DNA from: Obrimoposthia wandeli
Lineage: Eukaryota
Direction of reading: 5' to 3'
Assembly: GCA_977020255.1 (NCBI GenBank)
Contig: CDROCS010002077.1
Span: 310,001-374,000 of the forward strand
Length of the DNA stretch: 64,000 nt
The notes below the pieces were generated by a model that worked only from the letters and a program-made list of their open reading frames with translations, was not told where the DNA came from and did no database searches. Shown here piece after piece: positions 59,857-64,000 of this stretch. Both the position numbers and the translations under genes were made by a program. Each line of letters starts with the position of its first letter. Position 1 is the stretch's first letter.

Positions 59857-59876
59857 TTTATTTTAAAACTTTATTA

Positions 59877-60503
59877 TTATTTATTTTGTTTATAGACTGT
59901 AATACCATTACGGTTAAATATATCAGTAACAATTCTTAAATCATCAGGACATGATTGAGTAAAATTTAAAAATAAATAACCATGAGGTAAAGATGTAGCA
60001 TCATGAAACGCATCAATTAAATAACTCTTGTTATGAGGAAATGCTTGACGAGCAATAAAATCTATTACTGTTTGATCTCTAGGATTTTTGAATAAAATCA
60101 AATAATGTACATTAAGATTACGAGTACGATGATTTCCTCCTGATGATATAAATTTTGGGTTATAAAAATTACAGTAACTTCTCTATGTCTTGCAATTTTT
60201 GTAAATAAATCATTAAAATCAGATTCTTTGTTAGCCTCTTGATATAGGTCATCAATAACAATTACATCACCTTTTACGAGTCTTGTCATCCAATTTTCAT
60301 CAAAACCGTTAATAATCTTAATGTTTTTTATTTTATTAAATTCTTGGTTTGTTAAACCAGCTTCTCCGTCACCACCTTGATGCCAATATTTTATTAAATT
60401 TATTTTTAAACATTTTTGAATTTAATAATTTACAAACAAATGAAGTTTTTCCACTACCACTTGGTCCTACTACTTGAAAAGTCGAATTGTTTGTTAATAA
60501 CAT
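59877..60503 (-). pseudogene. Packaging ATPase, frameshifted
   Basis: ATG at 60503; VVGPSGSGKT, DVIVIDD, ITQNLY and LFKNPRD. Confidence 0.9.
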
Positions 60504-60588
60504 TATATATAAATATTAATATAAAATAAATATATCAGAATAAGTACATGTTTATAACAATAACAACATTTTATTAAATATTTATTTA

Positions 60589-60970
60589 TTAAACATCAAA
60601 ATATTCGATCGCTGTATGAATCCTCCAGATGAGAGTTGTTTCATTCTTTTTATTTATTTTATATCCGAGAATTTTTATTTCGAGCATCCAACTTCTCCCA
60701 TCTTCTTGAATATCCGAAATGTTTGTTCCGGAACAATCATAAAATTTGCACTTATCTCCGCGCATAAATATACCCTCATTCTTCAATGTCAATTTTCAAA
60801 TATTTGACGACATCATTGAATTGTTGAATGTCTTTGTCGTCAAAATCAGAGACTCGGTAATTGTACGAAGTTTTCGATAATGTCACTGGCAAAGTCATTG
60901 GATGAATCCATGCAGATGTCAAGAAGAACATATCATACTCGTAATACTTTTGAACGGCTTTATAAGGCAT
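60589..60970 (-). pseudogene. Family X protein (split by a frameshift near 60790)
   Basis: PVTLSK..YNY.......DIQQF plus FYD..G....W...I...GYK.....W.I..A. Confidence 0.65.
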
Positions 60971-60985
60971 TTTTAATTGAATGAT

Positions 60986-61450
60986 TTAATTATAAATTGT
61001 TTCGTATTTATATAATTTTTTTTTAATGTAAATCATGATATCGTTAACTTGATTTTGAAAATCTAAATTTCTAAGACATAAAATAACGACCTTTCCAGAT
61101 GTGAAAATATTTACACACAATGGATTGAAAATATTTAATCTTAAGCCTGGGAAAACCTCAGGGTCAAATGAACATGTATTACGTAACACATTCCATAATT
61201 TAAATAGATTGATACTTTGATCTAAATTTTCGCATACCGTAATTGATTGAATACCAAGTATATTTATTCTTAAAGGGTAAGAAATATTTTTAATAGGTAC
61301 CTTACATCCCATAATCCTGCATTTCTTATTTCTAAAAATAAGTATTGTATAATCTTTGGCTTTATAAACGTATTGTTCTGGTCGTGTTCGAAATTTTAAT
61401 TTGGATACATCATCTAAGCAAATTCCTTTATAATTAATATTTGTTAACAT
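60986..61450 (-). CDS. TATA-binding-protein-like protein (intronless, intact)
   Basis: MLTNINYKG...TILIFRNKKCRIMGCK...IQSITV...FDPEVFPGLRLNIFNPLCVNIFTSGKVVILCLR. Likely ATG at 61450. Confidence 0.87.
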   Translation of the reverse strand: MLTNINYKGICLDDVSKLKFRTRPEQYVYKAKDYTILIFRNKKCRIMGCKVPIKNISYPLRINILGIQSITVCENLDQSINLFKLWNVLRNTCSFDPEVFPGLRLNIFNPLCVNIFTSGKVVILCLRNLDFQNQVNDIMIYIKKKLYKYETIYN

Positions 61451-61546
61451 TGTAAGTAAAATAATTAAATTATTGTATTTATATATATATTTTTTTTTAT
61501 TCAGTATACAAATCAATCAATATCTCAAGTCTAATCAAATCAATCA

Positions 61547-64000
61547 ATGTCTCAATACCAATCATATCATCAGATGAGTATATGTAAAACTTATTCAAAT
61601 TATTGTTCATCGGAAACACATTTTAATCCTCAACTCTGTCATGATATCATGAAAAATTATTATGGTTATTCATACAAAAGGATAAATTATTTCATATGTC
61701 CAAAATGTTTAAGTACTGAAAATGTTGATTACAACTTATTTTATAGTCGGCATGTTAGTCATTTAACAGAATATAAAAATGGTAGTAAGAAAACATTATT
61801 TAAAATACCGGCTTTAAGCAAAAGAACTGATATAATTAATGAACCATCAAGCATAGTAATTTCAGCTCCTACTCCTTCACGAAAACGTAAAATAAATGAC
61901 AATATACAGACTAAAACATCGTTAGAAAATAGTTATTCAATGATATCCATGAAAGTAGATCATCTCAATCTTGTAAGTCTTAAGGTTCCAGTTTCATTAT
62001 TAAACGAACTAGAAAGAATAGTGCAATTAATGGGAAATGCAAAGATACAATACATCATTAGAATGAGGTTTGAAAAGAATGATGGAGAAACTAAAGAATG
62101 GTATGCTTCACATCGAGCAATGATTTTTTCACATGCTATAATTTCAGAAATGGAAGATACAATGGAAAATAAAGTTGAAGAATATTCAGAAAAGGGTAGT
62201 GGTTGGAAATTGATGAATATACCTGAATATGCATTTATTGCTACTAAATATAGTCAAATTTGTGCATTGTCAGGTCATTCATATATTAAATCACCAAATT
62301 CTCTTACAAAATCTAAAGCAGTCATAAATATTCAAAACTCTGATAATCTTTGCTTTATTTATGCAATATTATCAATACTTAAATATAATGAAATAGAAAT
62401 AAATAGAAATAGACCAAGTAACTATGAAAGATTTTTAAATGATTTTGTATATAATACTGAAGACATGCCAATGAAAATATCAAATATATCAAAATTTGAA
62501 AGGAAAAATCCTGGTATAATAATAAATGTATTCATATTCAATGAGGTAAGTGAAAAAGAATCAAAAACGGAAGTTATCAAGAATCCTTATATCGATGTTG
62601 CATACAAATCAAAATGAAGGAAGGAACTATAGTTAATTTATTGTTACTAGAATCCAAGGAATGGTTACATGATATAGGAATAAGTTGTCTTAACCGACTA
62701 TTAAATATTTGAACTGGAACGACTAGAATTAGCAGAAAATGGTGTGAAAAGTGTTTACATGGTTTCAAAACTGACTTGTCATTAGAAAAGCTTAAAGTTT
62801 TATGAGACTATAATCAAGAAAGCACTACAATGTATACTATGCCTAAGAATAAATACGTTAAATTCAATGATTGGTCAAAAACTATATCACCGAAATATGT
62901 CGTTTACGCTGATTTTGAATCTGTATTAGTACCAGATGAGAGTTATCATCAAAAGCATATGCCTGTCGCATCTGGTATGTTATTTATGAGTACAGATGAA
63001 ATTGAAACCCAGTATCAACATAATGTTGGTGATGACTGCATAGTTAAATTTCTTCAGTCAATAGAGAACTTGGCTAAAGAAAAGGTTTTGCCATGGTATT
63101 TAGATGCTCTTAAAAACGTAATGATTCCCTTAACAAATGCAGAGATTCGTACATTTAGCAATGCCGATGAATGTTATTTATGTCACGAATCATCTGAAAA
63201 ATATGTTAAAGATCATGATCACTTTACTGGCAAGTATCTAGGTCCTGCATGCAATGAATGTAATTTATCAAGAAAACTTCGTCCAACTTTACCTATTGTG
63301 TTTCATAATTTCAGAGGTTATGATTTACATCATATTTTAAAACATGCATTGAATAAATTTACTGACTGGGATATAAATATTATACCACAATCAACGGAAA
63401 AGTTTCAAGTCATGATTGTAAGATTAGGTCAAATAACTCTGAGATTTATAGATTCTTTGCAATTTTTGCAATCATCTTTGGAAAATTTAGCCGGTAAATT
63501 ACCAACTATTCCATTAACAAGATCAGTTTTTCCATCTAAACTTATTGATGGCAAAGGAATATTCCCATATTATTTTGCTACATCAATAAATGTCCTCCAG
63601 AATAAGTTAAGTTTACCAGTAAAATGGAATGATAAAATCACAGACACTGAATATCAAAAAGCACAAGATGTTTGGAAAATAACCAATTGTAGAAATATGT
63701 TGGATTATATGTTAGTTTACTTAAAGACTGACGTATATTTATTAGCTGACGTGTTTCAAACATTCAGAAGAAAAGCTCTCAGTGAAGATGGTTTAGAACC
63801 ACTTAACTTTTTTAGCATTCCTGGGTTGAGTTGGGCAAGTGCTCTAAAAATGTTAAAACATAAGGTTGAACTGATGCAGGATCCTGAAATGTACAACATG
63901 ATTTCTTCGGGTATACGAGGAGGAATGAGATTTGTCAATAAGCATCATGTAGTCGCTGATGAAGAAACAAGTCTTTTATATATAGATGTTAATAATTTAT
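61547..64000 (+). pseudogene. pPolB of element 2 (frameshifts near 62600-62800; runs off the window)
   Basis: GSGW, NSDNLCFIYAIL, VYADFES, CYLC..DHDHFTGKY.GPAC.ECNL, FHNFRGYD, IDSLQF, DVYLLADVF and YIDVNNL. The frame is open from 62828 to the end by manual reading. Confidence 0.93.

Larger units (their letters stand above)
53620..64000. mobile_element. Polinton/Maverick element 2 (left end in window, right end beyond it)
   Basis: Begins AGTAGGTAGA...GTCTA...C-run, like element 1, exactly where the FLYWCH ORF stops. The full core gene set is present. Confidence 0.93.

Noticed and set aside
62540-62560. Perfect GAG|GTAAGT donor in element 2 pPolB suggesting an intron
   Set aside because: The following sequence aligns as coding with element 1 (…KNP(F/Y)(V/I)DV…), so it is treated as coincidental.

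Overview
AT-rich eukaryotic (probably arthropod; inference) genomic DNA. Host genes are a 3-exon FBXO9-like F-box gene (about 2.7-4.0 kb) and a 4-exon aminergic, 5-HT2-like class A GPCR spread over 13150-43914. The window is dominated by two divergent, decayed Polinton/Maverick (adintovirus-like) elements. Element 1 (20000-35888) is complete, with AGTAGGT...ACCTACT terminal inverted repeats and a 6-bp TSD, and sits in GPCR intron 2. Element 2 (53620 to beyond the window end) interrupts a FLYWCH/MULE-type ORF. Both carry the standard module: pPolB, integrase with chromodomain, packaging ATPase, adenain-like protease, and major and minor capsid proteins. Both also share unusual genes: a compact TATA-binding-protein (TBP)-like gene, an uncharacterised family of about 130-160 aa (three copies), a DEDD-like nuclease, and a small MGxxxS/T...CC ORF overprinted on the integrase start. 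Manual reading shows 38-77 nt GT-AG introns in several Polinton genes. One intron sits at the same position in both protease genes, and three introns build a Cys/His plus acidic N-terminal extension of pPolB in element 1. The rest of the window is a near-intact hAT element with an 8-bp TSD, a 30-bp minisatellite, and LINE, mariner, MULE and Sola-like debris. All homology calls come from motif recognition by eye. No searches or alignments were run, and novelty against the literature could not be checked.
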